A stretch of 32,000 bases of DNA from Pseudomonas aeruginosa (GTDB lineage Bacteria; Pseudomonadota; Gammaproteobacteria; Pseudomonadales; Pseudomonadaceae). The position numbers and the translations under genes are program-made. The notes under the pieces were generated by a model. It did not search any database. It saw only the letters and a list, made by a program, of their open reading frames with translations, and was not told the DNA's origin. Shown here one piece after another: positions 6,499-18,304 of the stretch (position 1 is the first letter of the stretch; every line of letters starts with the position of its first letter). The stretch is from the NCBI RefSeq assembly GCF_001457615.1, contig NZ_LN831024.1:3120001-3152000 (forward strand), read 5' to 3'.

Positions 6499-8249
6499 TG
6501 GCGATCCGGCGCCGCTTCGGCGCCCAGTTCCAAGGCAACGGCCGGACCTGCTTCGGCCTCTGGGCTCCGGACGCCCGTGAGGTCCGGGTCGAGACCGCCG
6601 ACGGCCGCGACTGGCCGCTGGAAGGCAGCGACAGCGGCTGGTTCGAGGCGACCCTGCCCTGTCCGCCCGGCACCCGCTACCGTTACCGCATCGATGGTCG
6701 CCCCGGGGTGCCGGACCCGGCCTCGCAGTTCCAGCCCGACGGCGTGCATGGCCACAGCCAGGTGCTGGACCATGGCGCCTACGCCTGGCGCGTCGACGAG
6801 TGGCGCGGGCGGCCCTGGCACGAAGCGGTGATCTACGAGCTGCACGTCGGCCTGTTCGGCTCCTACGCCGAGGTCGAGCGCTTCCTTCCGCGCCTGGTGG
6901 AACTGGGCGTGACCGCCGTGGAGCTGATGCCGCTGGGCGAGTTTCCCGGTCGCCGCAACTGGGGCTACGACGGCGTGCTGCCGTTCGCCCCGGCGTCGGC
7001 CTACGGCACGCCCGAGCAACTCAAGCATCTGATCGACAGCGCTCACGGCATGGGCCTGATGGTCTTCGTCGACGTGATCTACAACCACTTCGGCCCGGAC
7101 GGCAACTACCTCGCGCAGTACGCCGCCGCGTTCTTCCGCGACGACCGGCAGACGCCCTGGGGCCAGGCCATCGATTTCCGTCGCGGCGAAGTCCGCGAGT
7201 TCTTCTATGAGAACGCCCTGATGTGGCTGCTCGACTATCGCGTCGACGGCCTGCGCTTCGATGCCGTGCACGCGATTCCCGATAGCGCGTTCCTCGTCGA
7301 GATGGCCCGCCGCCTGCGCGGCGCCGCCGGCCCCGAGCGCCATGTGCACCTGGTCCTGGAGAACGACGACAACCGCGCCAGCCTGCTGCGCCAGGGCTAC
7401 GACGCACAGTGGAACGACGATGGCCACCATGCGCTGCACGTCCTGCTCACCGGCGAGAACGACGGCTACTACCAGGACTACCCCGAGCCGCTGCGCTGCC
7501 TGGCGCGCTGCCTGGCCGAAGGCTTCGTCTACCAGGGCGAAGCCAACCGCCACGGCCGGCCGCGCGGCGAACCGAGTGCCGACCTGGCGCCGGACGCCTT
7601 CGTGCTGTTTCTGCAAAACCACGACCAGGTCGGCAACCGCGCCTTCGGCGAGCGTCTCAGCGTCCTCGCCGAACCCCAGGCGTTGCGCCTGGCGATAGCG
7701 CTGCAACTGCTCGCGCCGATGATTCCGCTGCTGTTCATGGGCGAGGAATGCGCCGCGCGCGAACCGTTCCTGTATTTCACCGATCACCAGGGCGAACTGG
7801 CGGACGCGGTCCGCGAGGGACGACGCAAGGAGTTCGGCGAGTTCGGCCGCTTCGGCGAGGGCGCCACCCTGGCTTCGCTCCCCGACCCAAACGCGGTGGA
7901 GACCTTCGAGCGCTCGCGTCCCGGCCTGGCCGATTGCGACCCGGCCTGGCGCGGCTTCTACCGGCAACTGCTGGAAATCCGTCATGAACACCTGATCCCG
8001 CGCCTGCGCGGCGCCCGTTCGCTGGGGGTTACCACCATCGCCGGCGCCGCGCTGTCGGCGCGCTGGCGACTCGGTGACGGCAGTGACTGGCGAATCGACT
8101 TCAACCCTTCTCCGCTCGAAGCGGAAGTCGAGCCGCCGGCGGCCACCACCTGGGTGCTGTTCCTCGACAACCTCGCCTGTGCCGAGTATCGCCGCGGCCG
8201 CCTAAGTCCCCGCAGCATCGCGGTCAGCCTGGAGCCCGCCCATGAGTGA
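6498..8249 (+). CDS. treZ: malto-oligosyltrehalose trehalohydrolase (GH13)
   Basis: GH13 motifs are present: DVIYNHFGPDGNY, GLRFDAVHAI, LENDDN, FLQNHDQVGNR. The start is ATG 6498 or GTG 6495, overlapping the glgA stop (GTGATG). Confidence 0.9.
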   Translation: MAIRRRFGAQFQGNGRTCFGLWAPDAREVRVETADGRDWPLEGSDSGWFEATLPCPPGTRYRYRIDGRPGVPDPASQFQPDGVHGHSQVLDHGAYAWRVDEWRGRPWHEAVIYELHVGLFGSYAEVERFLPRLVELGVTAVELMPLGEFPGRRNWGYDGVLPFAPASAYGTPEQLKHLIDSAHGMGLMVFVDVIYNHFGPDGNYLAQYAAAFFRDDRQTPWGQAIDFRRGEVREFFYENALMWLLDYRVDGLRFDAVHAIPDSAFLVEMARRLRGAAGPERHVHLVLENDDNRASLLRQGYDAQWNDDGHHALHVLLTGENDGYYQDYPEPLRCLARCLAEGFVYQGEANRHGRPRGEPSADLAPDAFVLFLQNHDQVGNRAFGERLSVLAEPQALRLAIALQLLAPMIPLLFMGEECAAREPFLYFTDHQGELADAVREGRRKEFGEFGRFGEGATLASLPDPNAVETFERSRPGLADCDPAWRGFYRQLLEIRHEHLIPRLRGARSLGVTTIAGAALSARWRLGDGSDWRIDFNPSPLEAEVEPPAATTWVLFLDNLACAEYRRGRLSPRSIAVSLEPAHE

Positions 8250-10296
8250 CGCACGCCTGGCCGAACTGGCCGCCGCCGTGGGCCTGCAACTCGACTGGCA
8301 GGACGCCAACGGACGGCCGCAGCGGGTCGACCCGGAGGTCCAGCGCGGCCTGCTGGAAGCACTCGGCTATCCGGCGCAGAGTCCGCAACAGATCGAACAG
8401 AGCCTGGCCGCGCTGGCCCGGCTGCGCGAGGACAGCGCCAACCTCGGACTGCTGGTCGGCGAATGCGGCCAGCCGCTGGAGCAAGCGCTCGGCCCCGCCG
8501 GCACCCCGGGCGAGCTGGTCTACGAGGACGGCACGCGGATCGCCCTGCGCCTGGACACCGAAGGCCGCCTGCCGGCGCAGGCCCGCAGTGGCTATGCGCA
8601 GCTGTCGCTGGAGCAGCGGGAATGGGCGGTGGCGATGGCGCCGCCGAGCTGTCCGTCCCTGGCCAGCCTCGCCCCGGGTCGCTCGCGTCGCTGGGGTCTG
8701 GCCGCCCAGGTTTATGCCCTGCGCCGCCCCGGCGACGGCGGCCTGGGCGACAGCGCCGCCCTCGAGGACCTGCTGCGCAGCGCCGCGCGGCATGGCGCCG
8801 ACGCGCTGGCGATCAGCCCGCTGCACGCCCTGGCCGAGGCCAACGGACATGCCTACAGCCCCTACTCGCCGTCCAGCCGGCTGTTCTTCAATGTCCTGCA
8901 CGCCGCGCCGGCGACCATTCTCGGCGCGGCGGCGGTGGAACAGGCGATCCGTCGCGCCGGCCTGGCCGCGGAGATGGCCCGCCTGGAGAGCCTGGAGCTG
9001 ATCGACTGGACAGCGGCGGCGGACCTGCGCATGCGCCTGCTGCGCCAACTCCACCGCGACTTCACCGAGCGCGCCAGTCCCTTGCGCCACGACCTCGCCG
9101 AATTCCGCCGCGAAGCCGGCGAGGCCCTGCTGCACCACTGCCGCTTCGAGACCCTGCAGGCGCACCTGGGCGCCGGCCCCGACTGGAGACGCTGGCCGGA
9201 GCCGCTGCGCCGCCCCGGCGAGCCGGCGGTGGCCGCGTTCTGCGCCGATCACGCCGAGGAAGTGGACTTCCGTGCCTTCGGCCAGTGGCTGACCCAACGC
9301 TGCCTGCAACATGCCCAGCGCCAGGCGCGCGAGGCCGGGATGGCCATCGGTCTGGTCGCCGACCTGGCGGTGGGCGCCGATGGCGGCGGCAGCCAGGCCT
9401 GGTCGCGGCAGGAAGAGCTGCTCGCCGAAGTGAATGTCGGCGCGCCGCCGGACATCCTCAACCAGTCCGGACAGGACTGGGGCGTTTCCGCGTTCAATCC
9501 CGAAGGCCTGCGCCGCCACGGCTACCGGGCATTCCGCGAGATGCTGCGGGCCAACCTGGCCTGGCCCGGAGGGCTACGCATCGACCATGTGATGGGCCTG
9601 CAACGTCTCTGGCTGATCCCGCGCGGCCAGCCGCCCCACGCTGGCGCCTACCTGCGCTACCCGCAACGCGAGCTGCTGCGCCTGCTGGCGCTGGAGGCCA
9701 GTCGCGCCTCGGCGCTGGTCATCGGCGAGGACCTCGGCACCGTTCCCGAAGGCCTGCGCGAGGAACTGGCACGCCGCCAAGTGCTGGGTACCCGCGTGCT
9801 GCTCTTCGAGCGGCGCGGCGAACGCTTCGTGCCCCCGGCGCAATGGCCGGCGGACGCCATGGCCACCACCAGCACCCACGACCTGCCGAGCCTGTCCGGC
9901 TGGTGGCGGGGCCAGGACATCCACTGGCGCGGCCGCGCCGGACACCGCAGCGCCGAGGAATGCGCGGCCGACCTGGAACTGCGCGCCGAGGAGCGCCGGG
10001 CCCTGGCCGCCAGCCTCGAACCGCCAGTCGATCCCGACCCCGCCGCCGAAGTACCGCTGGACGCCTGCATCGGCTATGTCGGGGCAACCCCCGCGCCGTT
10101 GGTGCTACTGCCCCTGGAGGACGCCCTGGGCAGCCTGGAGCAGCCGAACCTGCCCGGCCCCGGCGACGCCCACCCGAACTGGCGGCGGCGCTGGCCGGAA
10201 AACGCCGCGCAGATGCTCGGAACGCCGCAGGTCGACCGGCGCCTGCGCCTGCTCGAACGCAGCCGCCGGGATGCCGAGGAGGCCGCCCATGATTGA
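8242..10296 (+). CDS. malQ: 4-alpha-glucanotransferase (amylomaltase, GH77)
   Basis: 684 aa. The segments SPYSPSSRLFFN, DLAVGADGGGSQAW, GLRIDHVMGLQRLW and ATTSTHDLPSL are typical of MalQ. The start overlaps the treZ stop by 8 nt (ATGAGTGA). Confidence 0.9.
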   Translation: MSDARLAELAAAVGLQLDWQDANGRPQRVDPEVQRGLLEALGYPAQSPQQIEQSLAALARLREDSANLGLLVGECGQPLEQALGPAGTPGELVYEDGTRIALRLDTEGRLPAQARSGYAQLSLEQREWAVAMAPPSCPSLASLAPGRSRRWGLAAQVYALRRPGDGGLGDSAALEDLLRSAARHGADALAISPLHALAEANGHAYSPYSPSSRLFFNVLHAAPATILGAAAVEQAIRRAGLAAEMARLESLELIDWTAAADLRMRLLRQLHRDFTERASPLRHDLAEFRREAGEALLHHCRFETLQAHLGAGPDWRRWPEPLRRPGEPAVAAFCADHAEEVDFRAFGQWLTQRCLQHAQRQAREAGMAIGLVADLAVGADGGGSQAWSRQEELLAEVNVGAPPDILNQSGQDWGVSAFNPEGLRRHGYRAFREMLRANLAWPGGLRIDHVMGLQRLWLIPRGQPPHAGAYLRYPQRELLRLLALEASRASALVIGEDLGTVPEGLREELARRQVLGTRVLLFERRGERFVPPAQWPADAMATTSTHDLPSLSGWWRGQDIHWRGRAGHRSAEECAADLELRAEERRALAASLEPPVDPDPAAEVPLDACIGYVGATPAPLVLLPLEDALGSLEQPNLPGPGDAHPNWRRRWPENAAQMLGTPQVDRRLRLLERSRRDAEEAAHD

Positions 10297-13069
10297 GCCC
10301 CGCGCTACCCTGCGCCTGCAATTCCACGCCGGCTTCACCCTCGACGATGCCCTGCCCTGGCTGGACTATTTCGCCGACCTGGGCATCAGCCATCTCTACG
10401 CCTCGCCGCTGTTCCGCGCGCGGCCCGGCTCCAGCCACGGCTACGACGTGGTCGACCCGACCCGGATCAATCCGGAACTGGGCGGCGAGCCGGCGCTGCT
10501 GCGCCTGATCCAGGGGCTGCGGCAACGCGGCATGGGCCTGCTCATGGACATAGTGCCGAACCACATGGGCATCGGCGGCGGCGCCAATCCCTGGTGGCAG
10601 GACGTGCTCGAATGGGGGCGCGAGAGTCCCTACGCGAGTTTCTTCGACATCCAGTGGGAATCCCACGACGCCGCGTTGCGCGGCCAGGTGCTGCTGCCGT
10701 TCCTGCGCAGCGACTACGGCGAGGTCCTGGCTGCCGGGGAGATCGGCCTGAGCCTGGACCGCGAGGCCGGCCGCCTGCTGGCGAGCCACGGCGAGCAGCG
10801 CTTCCCCCTCTGGCCGGGCAGCTACCCGGAGCTGCTGGAAGACAGCGGCGAGCCGCGCCTGTCAGCCCTGGCCGGCGGTTTCCGCGAGTGCCGGCAGGAC
10901 CGCGAGGCCTTGCGCGAGATGCAGCGTCAACTGGCGGCTGCGCTCGCCGAGAGCGCTCCGCGCGCAGCCCTCCAGCGCACGCTGGGCGAACTCCAGGAAC
11001 GCCACGAGGAGGCTCGCCAACGCCTGCACCGCCTGCTCGAGGCGCAGCACTACCGCCTGGCCAGTTGGCGCACCGCGGCGGACGACATCAACTGGCGCCG
11101 TTTCTTCGACATCAGCGAACTGGTCGGCCTGCGGGTCGAGCGCGGCGAGGTGTTCGAGGCCGTGCACGGCAAGGTCTTCCAGTTGCTCGAGGACGGTCTG
11201 CTCGATGGCCTGCGCATCGATCACGTCGACGGCCTGGCCGATCCGCGCGGCTATTGCCGACGCCTGCGCCGCCGCAGCGAGCGGATCCGCGCCCATCGCG
11301 GCGGCGCGCCGATGCTGCTGTACGTTGAGAAGATCCTCGGTGGCGAGGAGCGCCTGCCCGAGGATTGGCTGTGCGACGGCACCACCGGCTACGACTTCAT
11401 GAACCAGGTCAGCCTGTTGCAGCACGATCCGCGCGGCGAACGACCGTTGCGCGAACTCTGGCAGCGGGTCAGCGGACGCCCGGAGGCGTTTCTCGACGAG
11501 GTCTACCAGGCTCGCCAACTGGTCCTGGCGGGAAGCCTCGCCGGTGACCTGGAGAACCTCGCCCAGGGTCTTTTGCGGGTGGCGCGGGCCGACCTGGCCA
11601 GCCGCGACCTGACCCTGGGCGGTATCCGCCGCGCGCTGTTCCAGTTGCTCGCGCGCTTTCCGGTCTACCGTACCTACGCCGGGGCCTGCGGTCGCTCGGT
11701 GCAGGATCGCGAGGTGTTCCGCTATGCCGCAGAGGCGGCCCGCGAGGATCTCGACGAAGCCGACCGGGCGGTCCTCGACCATCTCGAACGCTGGCTCGGC
11801 GGGCAGCCGCTGCGCGAGCTGCCGCCCGGTCCGCTGCGGCGCCTGCGCGGCGAGTTGCTGGCGCGCTTCCAGCAGTTGAGTTCGCCGACCGCCGCCAAGG
11901 CCGTGGAGGATACCGCCTGCTATCGCTCGGCGGCCCTGCTCTCGCGCAACGACGTCGGCTTCGACCCGCAGCGCTTCGCCGCTTCCGCCGAGGAATTCCA
12001 TGCCGCCTGCGAAGCCAGGCGCCTGGCCAGCCCGCGCGCCCTGCTGGCCACCGCCAGCCATGACCACAAGCGCGGCGAGGACGCCCGCGCCCGTCTTGCG
12101 GCGCTCAGTGAACTGGCGCCCTGGTTCGCGCGTAACGTCGAGCACTGGCAAAGCCTGGCCACGCCGTTGCGCCGCGACCTCGCCGAGGGGCCGGCGCCGA
12201 GTCCCGGCGACGAGCTGATCCTGTTCCAGGCCCTGCTCGGCAGTTGGCCGCTCGACGCGCCTTGCGACGGCGCCGCCCTGGACCAAGCGTTCCTCGCGCG
12301 GATGCGCGAATGGCAATGCAAGGCCTTGCGCGAAGCCAAGCTGCGCACGCGCTGGACCGCGCCCGACGAAGACTACGAGCGCGCCTGCGCCGACTATCTG
12401 GAACAGCTCCTGCGCGCGCCACTGGCCCAGGCCCTGCGCCAGTCGCTGGGCAACGCGGCGGCGCGACTGATGCCGGCCGGGGCCCTGAATGGCCTCGCCC
12501 AATGCCTGCTGCGCCTGACCTGCCCGGGTATCCCCGATCTCTACCAGGGGCGCGAGTACTGGGACTTCAGCCTGGTCGACCCGGACAACCGGAGGCCGGT
12601 GGACTTCGCCCGGCACGCCGCCGCCCTGGCCGCGCCGACGCCCTTCCCGGAACTGCTGGAGCACTGGCGCGACGGTCGCATCAAGCAGACCCTGATCGCC
12701 CGCGTGCTGGGGCTGCGGCGGATGCAGCCGGGCCTGTTCCGCGACGGCGACTACCTGCCCCTGGAGGTCAGCGGCGAGCATGCCGAGCGGGTCCTGGCCT
12801 TCGCCCGGCGCAGTCGTCACGGTTGCCTGCTGGTGGTGGTCCCGCGCCTGGCCTGCGCCCTGCTCGGCCACGCCACGCAGCCGCAGGTGCCGGCCGAGGC
12901 CTGGGGCGACACCTGCCTCCTGCTGCCGCCGAGTCTCTCCGAATGCACCTACAGCGGCCTGTTTTCCACCATGCCGCTGCCCAGCGACGGGCACCTGAGC
13001 CTGTCCGAAGTGCTCGCCGACTTTCCCGTCAACCTGCTTTACCGCCTCGCCCAGGAGGACACCCCATGA
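10289..13069 (+). CDS. treY: malto-oligosyltrehalose synthase (GH13)
   Basis: I place the start at ATG 10289: MIEPRATLRLQFHAGFTLDDALPWLDYFADLGISHLYASPLF, the canonical TreY N-terminus. The track start at 10076 adds 71 aa of Arg/Cys/Trp-rich sequence lying inside malQ. The start overlaps the malQ stop by 8 nt (ATGATTGA). 926 aa. Confidence 0.9.
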   Translation: MIEPRATLRLQFHAGFTLDDALPWLDYFADLGISHLYASPLFRARPGSSHGYDVVDPTRINPELGGEPALLRLIQGLRQRGMGLLMDIVPNHMGIGGGANPWWQDVLEWGRESPYASFFDIQWESHDAALRGQVLLPFLRSDYGEVLAAGEIGLSLDREAGRLLASHGEQRFPLWPGSYPELLEDSGEPRLSALAGGFRECRQDREALREMQRQLAAALAESAPRAALQRTLGELQERHEEARQRLHRLLEAQHYRLASWRTAADDINWRRFFDISELVGLRVERGEVFEAVHGKVFQLLEDGLLDGLRIDHVDGLADPRGYCRRLRRRSERIRAHRGGAPMLLYVEKILGGEERLPEDWLCDGTTGYDFMNQVSLLQHDPRGERPLRELWQRVSGRPEAFLDEVYQARQLVLAGSLAGDLENLAQGLLRVARADLASRDLTLGGIRRALFQLLARFPVYRTYAGACGRSVQDREVFRYAAEAAREDLDEADRAVLDHLERWLGGQPLRELPPGPLRRLRGELLARFQQLSSPTAAKAVEDTACYRSAALLSRNDVGFDPQRFAASAEEFHAACEARRLASPRALLATASHDHKRGEDARARLAALSELAPWFARNVEHWQSLATPLRRDLAEGPAPSPGDELILFQALLGSWPLDAPCDGAALDQAFLARMREWQCKALREAKLRTRWTAPDEDYERACADYLEQLLRAPLAQALRQSLGNAAARLMPAGALNGLAQCLLRLTCPGIPDLYQGREYWDFSLVDPDNRRPVDFARHAAALAAPTPFPELLEHWRDGRIKQTLIARVLGLRRMQPGLFRDGDYLPLEVSGEHAERVLAFARRSRHGCLLVVVPRLACALLGHATQPQVPAEAWGDTCLLLPPSLSECTYSGLFSTMPLPSDGHLSLSEVLADFPVNLLYRLAQEDTP

Positions 13070-13371
13070 GCGCCGACGAAAAACGCATACGAGAGTTCGC
13101 CTACCAGATCTGGGAATCCGAGGGCTGCCCCGACGGCCAGGCCGAACGCCACTGGGCCATGGCCCGGCAACTGGCCGAAGCGGAAGCCGCCGCGGCGGCA
13201 CCGAAGAAGACCCGCGGTCGGGCCAAGGCCGCCAAGGAAACCCCGGCCCTGCTGCAAGCGCCGGCCGCCAAGCCGCGCAAGCCGAGGGCCGCGTCCCCGG
13301 CGCGGCCCGCCAGCGAAAAACCGGCGGCGGCCAAGCCGCGCAGCCGCCGCAAGCCCGAAGCGGGCGAATGA
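13066..13371 (+). CDS. DUF2934 domain protein with a basic Ala/Pro/Lys-rich tail
   Basis: ATGA overlap with the treY stop. The product begins MSADEKRIREFAYQIWESEGCPDGQAERHWAMARQLAE (DUF2934-type helix pair), followed by AAKPRKPRAASPARPASEKPAAAKPRSRRKPEAGE. A 13-bp in-frame direct repeat GCCAAGCCGCGCA lies at 13267 and 13330. Confidence 0.8.
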   Translation: MSADEKRIREFAYQIWESEGCPDGQAERHWAMARQLAEAEAAAAAPKKTRGRAKAAKETPALLQAPAAKPRKPRAASPARPASEKPAAAKPRSRRKPEAGE

Positions 13372-13383
13372 GGAGTCCAGTGC

Positions 13384-15534
<2,151 letters not shown>

Positions 15535-15632
15535 ACGGCGGGGAAAAAAGCTGAACCGCCCCGGCACCTCCAGTCGGAACCTGTAGGTGCCGCACGCGGC
15601 GCCCGCACATCCACCCTACACAGGAGGACAGC

Positions 15633-16049
15633 ATGAAGATCAGCGACATCATGACCCGCAACGTCCAGGTCGCCGACCCGCAGCAGAGCATCCGCGAGGC
15701 GGCCGCCACCATGGCGAGGATCGACAGCGGCGCCCTGCTGGTCGGCGAAGGCGACCGCCTGGTCGGGATGATCACCGATCGCGACATCGCCATCCGCGCG
15801 GTGGCCGGCGGCCTGTCCGGGGATACCCCGCTGGGCCGCATCATGAGCGGCGACATCCACTATTGCTTCGAAGACGAAGACGTCCAGCACGTGGCCCGCA
15901 ACATGGCCGACATCCAGATGCGCCGCCTGCCGGTGCTCAACCGCGAGAAGCGGCTGGTCGGCGTGGTTTCCCTGGGCAACATCGCCAGCTGCCGCGACCA
16001 GGCCTCCAGCGCCACCGTCCTGCAGGGCGTCGCCCAGGCCCACTACTGA
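15633..16049 (+). CDS. CBS-pair domain protein
   Basis: 138 aa with an AGGAGG RBS. Two CBS repeats are visible: IMTRNVQVADP...GALLV...LVGMITDRDI and IMSGDIHYCFED...RRLPVLNREKRLVGVVSLGNI. Confidence 0.88.
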   Translation: MKISDIMTRNVQVADPQQSIREAAATMARIDSGALLVGEGDRLVGMITDRDIAIRAVAGGLSGDTPLGRIMSGDIHYCFEDEDVQHVARNMADIQMRRLPVLNREKRLVGVVSLGNIASCRDQASSATVLQGVAQAHY

Positions 16050-16115
16050 GCCTTTCTTCCACCCGGCCCGCCTTTGCCGTACCGGCCGAGGCCGGGCCCC
16101 AACCGGGAGAACGCC

Positions 16116-17363
16116 ATGAAAGCCGTGGTATTCCATGACATCGGCGACATCCGCCTGGAAGACGTGGCGGAGCCGCGCCTGCAGGAGCCCACCGACGCCA
16201 TCGTGCGGCTGACCGCCTCGGCGATCTGCGGCACCGACCTGCACTTCGTCCGTGGCAGCGTCGGCGGCATGCGTCCGGGAACCATCCTCGGCCATGAGGG
16301 CGTGGGCATCGTCGAGGCGCTCGGCGACGAAGTGCGCAACCTTCAGGTCGGCGACCGGGTGGTGATTCCCTCGACCATCGCCTGCGGCAATTGCGTGTAT
16401 TGCCGAGCCGGCTACTACGCCCAGTGCGACGTCGCCAACCCCGGCGGCAGCCAGGCCGGCACCGCGTTCTTCGGCGGTCCCCGGGCCAACGGCGGCTTCC
16501 ATGGGCTGCAAGCCGAGAAAGCGCGGATTCCCTATGCCAACATCGGCCTGATCCGCCTGCCCAGCAGCATCAGCGACGACCAGGCGATACTCCTGTCGGA
16601 CATCTTCCCCACCGGTTACTTCGGCGCCGAACTGGCCGGTATCGCCCCCGGCAACACCGTCGCCGTGTTCGGCTGCGGTCCGGTGGGCCAGTTCGCCATC
16701 GCCAGCGCGTTGCTCCTCGGCGCCGCCAGGGTGTTCGCCATCGACCGCCACCCGGACCGCCTGCACATGGCCCGCCAGCAAGGCGCCGAAGTGATCGACT
16801 TCGAGCGCGAGGATCCGGTCCAGGCCCTGCGCTGGCTGACCGCCGGGATCGGCGTGGACCGCGCCATCGACGCCGTCGGCGTGGACGCCGAGCACAGCCA
16901 TGGCACCGCCACCCCGGCGCCGCGCCAGGAGGGCACCAGCTGGAGTCCCGGCAACGCCCCCGCACAGGCCCTGGAGTGGGCGGTGCAGGGCCTGGCCAAG
17001 GCCGGCACCCTGTCGATCATCGGCGTCTACGCCGAAGACTCGCGGCAGTTTCCCATCGGCCTGGCGATGAACCGCAACCTGACCATCCGCATGGGCAACT
17101 GCCACCACCGCAAGTACATTCCGCTGCTGCTCGAACATGTGCTCAGCGGACGCATCGACCCGGCGAAGATCCTCACCCAGGTGAAGCCGATCGGCGACGC
17201 CATCGAGGCCTTCGAAGCCTTCGACCGCCGCGAGACCGGCTGGATCAAGGTCGAACTGGTGCCGCAGAAGCGCCAGGTCGAGGGCAGCGAGGAACGCCTC
17301 GACGAACGCGCGGTGGACGAACTGGCGCGCCGGCCGACGCCGGAAAGCGGCGCCCGGGGGTGA
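16116..17363 (+). CDS. zinc-dependent MDR-family dehydrogenase, resembling glutathione-independent formaldehyde dehydrogenase
   Basis: I place the start at ATG 16116 with a GGGAGA RBS: MKAVVFHDIGDIRLEDV. The catalytic Zn motif is GHEGVGIV. The structural Zn cluster is CGNCVYCRAGYYAQC. The Rossmann motif is VFGCGPVG. The track start at 16074 adds 14 aa without support. Confidence 0.88.
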   Translation: MKAVVFHDIGDIRLEDVAEPRLQEPTDAIVRLTASAICGTDLHFVRGSVGGMRPGTILGHEGVGIVEALGDEVRNLQVGDRVVIPSTIACGNCVYCRAGYYAQCDVANPGGSQAGTAFFGGPRANGGFHGLQAEKARIPYANIGLIRLPSSISDDQAILLSDIFPTGYFGAELAGIAPGNTVAVFGCGPVGQFAIASALLLGAARVFAIDRHPDRLHMARQQGAEVIDFEREDPVQALRWLTAGIGVDRAIDAVGVDAEHSHGTATPAPRQEGTSWSPGNAPAQALEWAVQGLAKAGTLSIIGVYAEDSRQFPIGLAMNRNLTIRMGNCHHRKYIPLLLEHVLSGRIDPAKILTQVKPIGDAIEAFEAFDRRETGWIKVELVPQKRQVEGSEERLDERAVDELARRPTPESGARG

Positions 17364-17366
17364 TGC

Positions 17367-18304
17367 ATGAGCGCACCGGCACGCCTGCGCATCGGCATTT
17401 CCGGCTGGCGCTACGCCCCCTGGAGAGGCGACTTCTATCCCGAGGGGCTGCGCCAGAAGGACGAACTGCGCTTCGCCTCGCGGGCGGTGAACAGCATCGA
17501 GATCAACGGCACCTTCTACGCCCTGCAGACGCCCGAGCGCTTCCGCGGCTGGGCCGAGGACACCCCCGAGGACTTCGTTTTCAGCGTCAAGGCCCGCGTT
17601 ACATCACCCACGTGCGGCGCCTGCGCGAGATCGACGAGCCGCTGGCGAACTTCTTCGCCTCCGGCCCCCTCGCCCTGCGCCAGCGCCTCGGCCCGTTCCT
17701 CTGGCAGTTCCCGCCGAGCATGCGCTTCGACCGCGAGCTGTTCGCCGATTTCCTCGCCCGCCTGCCGCGCGACGGCGCCGCCGCGCAGAAGCTCGCCCGG
17801 CACAGCGCCGCGCGCCTGCACCGCGAGGGCTACCTCGACGGCGATCCGGCGCAGCGCCTGCGGCATGCCGTGGAAATCCGCCATGAGAGCTTCGTCGACC
17901 CGACGTTCATCGAGCTGCTGCGCGAATACCGGGTGGCCCTGGTGGTGGCCGATACCGCCGGCAAGTGGCCGCTGCTCGGCGACGTCTGCGCCGACTTCCT
18001 CTACCTGCGCCTGCATGGCGACAAGGAGCTGTACCGCAGCGGCTACTCGGAAGCGGCCCTGGGCCAGTGGCAGGCACGGATCCGCGCCTGGGCCGGCGGC
18101 GGCCAGGCCGACGACCTGCGCCGGGCCAGCCAGGACGCCCCGGCGAAGGCGACGGCGCGCGACCTGTACTGCTACTTCGACAACGACGTCAAGGTGCGCG
18201 CACCTTACGACGCCCGGCGCCTCCTGCAGCTGCTGGAACTCGACGGCGGCCTGCGCACGGTGCCCGGACAGTTGCCCGATGACCTGCGGGAGAGTGCCGC
18301 ATGA
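17367..18304 (+). pseudogene. DUF72 family gene interrupted by a 1-bp frameshift at about 17591-17595
   Basis: Frame A (17367 onward) encodes MSAPARLRIGISGWRYAPWRGDFYPEGL...PEDFVFSVK, then degenerates into Ala/Arg/Ser/Cys-rich sequence up to 18452. Frame B continues with GPRYITHVRRLREIDEPLANFF...LYLRLHGDKELY...YCYFDNDVKVRAPYDARRLL and ends at 18304, in an ATGA overlap with ybhP. The junction is AAGGCCC (17589-17595), one base short of AAG GGC CCG or AAG GCC CCG. Confidence 0.75.

Noticed and set aside
10076-10288. Upstream-extended start codons in the ORF track. Affected genes are treY (10076), the dehydrogenase (16074), clsB (18519), ybhN (18947), the four-helix bundle (2631), PLDc_N (1600), MgtC-like (TTG at 30567) and glgA (4894).
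   Set aside because: The extensions lie inside the preceding gene or are Arg/Pro/Cys-rich nonsense. The internal ATGs have Shine-Dalgarno sequences or ATGA-type overlaps and reproduce the canonical family N-termini. Only glgA 4894 remains a real alternative.
13267-13342. The 13-bp direct repeat GCCAAGCCGCGCA as a non-coding tandem or CRISPR-like repeat.
   Set aside because: There are only two copies, they are in frame (63 bp apart) and they encode the AAKPR low-complexity tail of the DUF2934 protein. This is coding-sequence repetition, not a repeat element.
15562-15592. Inverted repeat CGGCACCT-15 nt-AGGTGCCG after glgX as the intrinsic terminator of the glgA operon.
   Set aside because: The loop is large (15 nt), the stem is only 8 bp and no U-tract follows. 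I cannot distinguish it from chance GC-rich complementarity, so I did not list it as a feature.
17585-17600. Programmed ribosomal frameshifting as the explanation for the split DUF72 gene.
   Set aside because: There is no X-XXY-YYZ slippery heptamer or obvious downstream pseudoknot at GTCAAGGCCCGCG. A simple 1-bp indel in a G2C3 run is more parsimonious, whether it is a mutation or a sequencing error.
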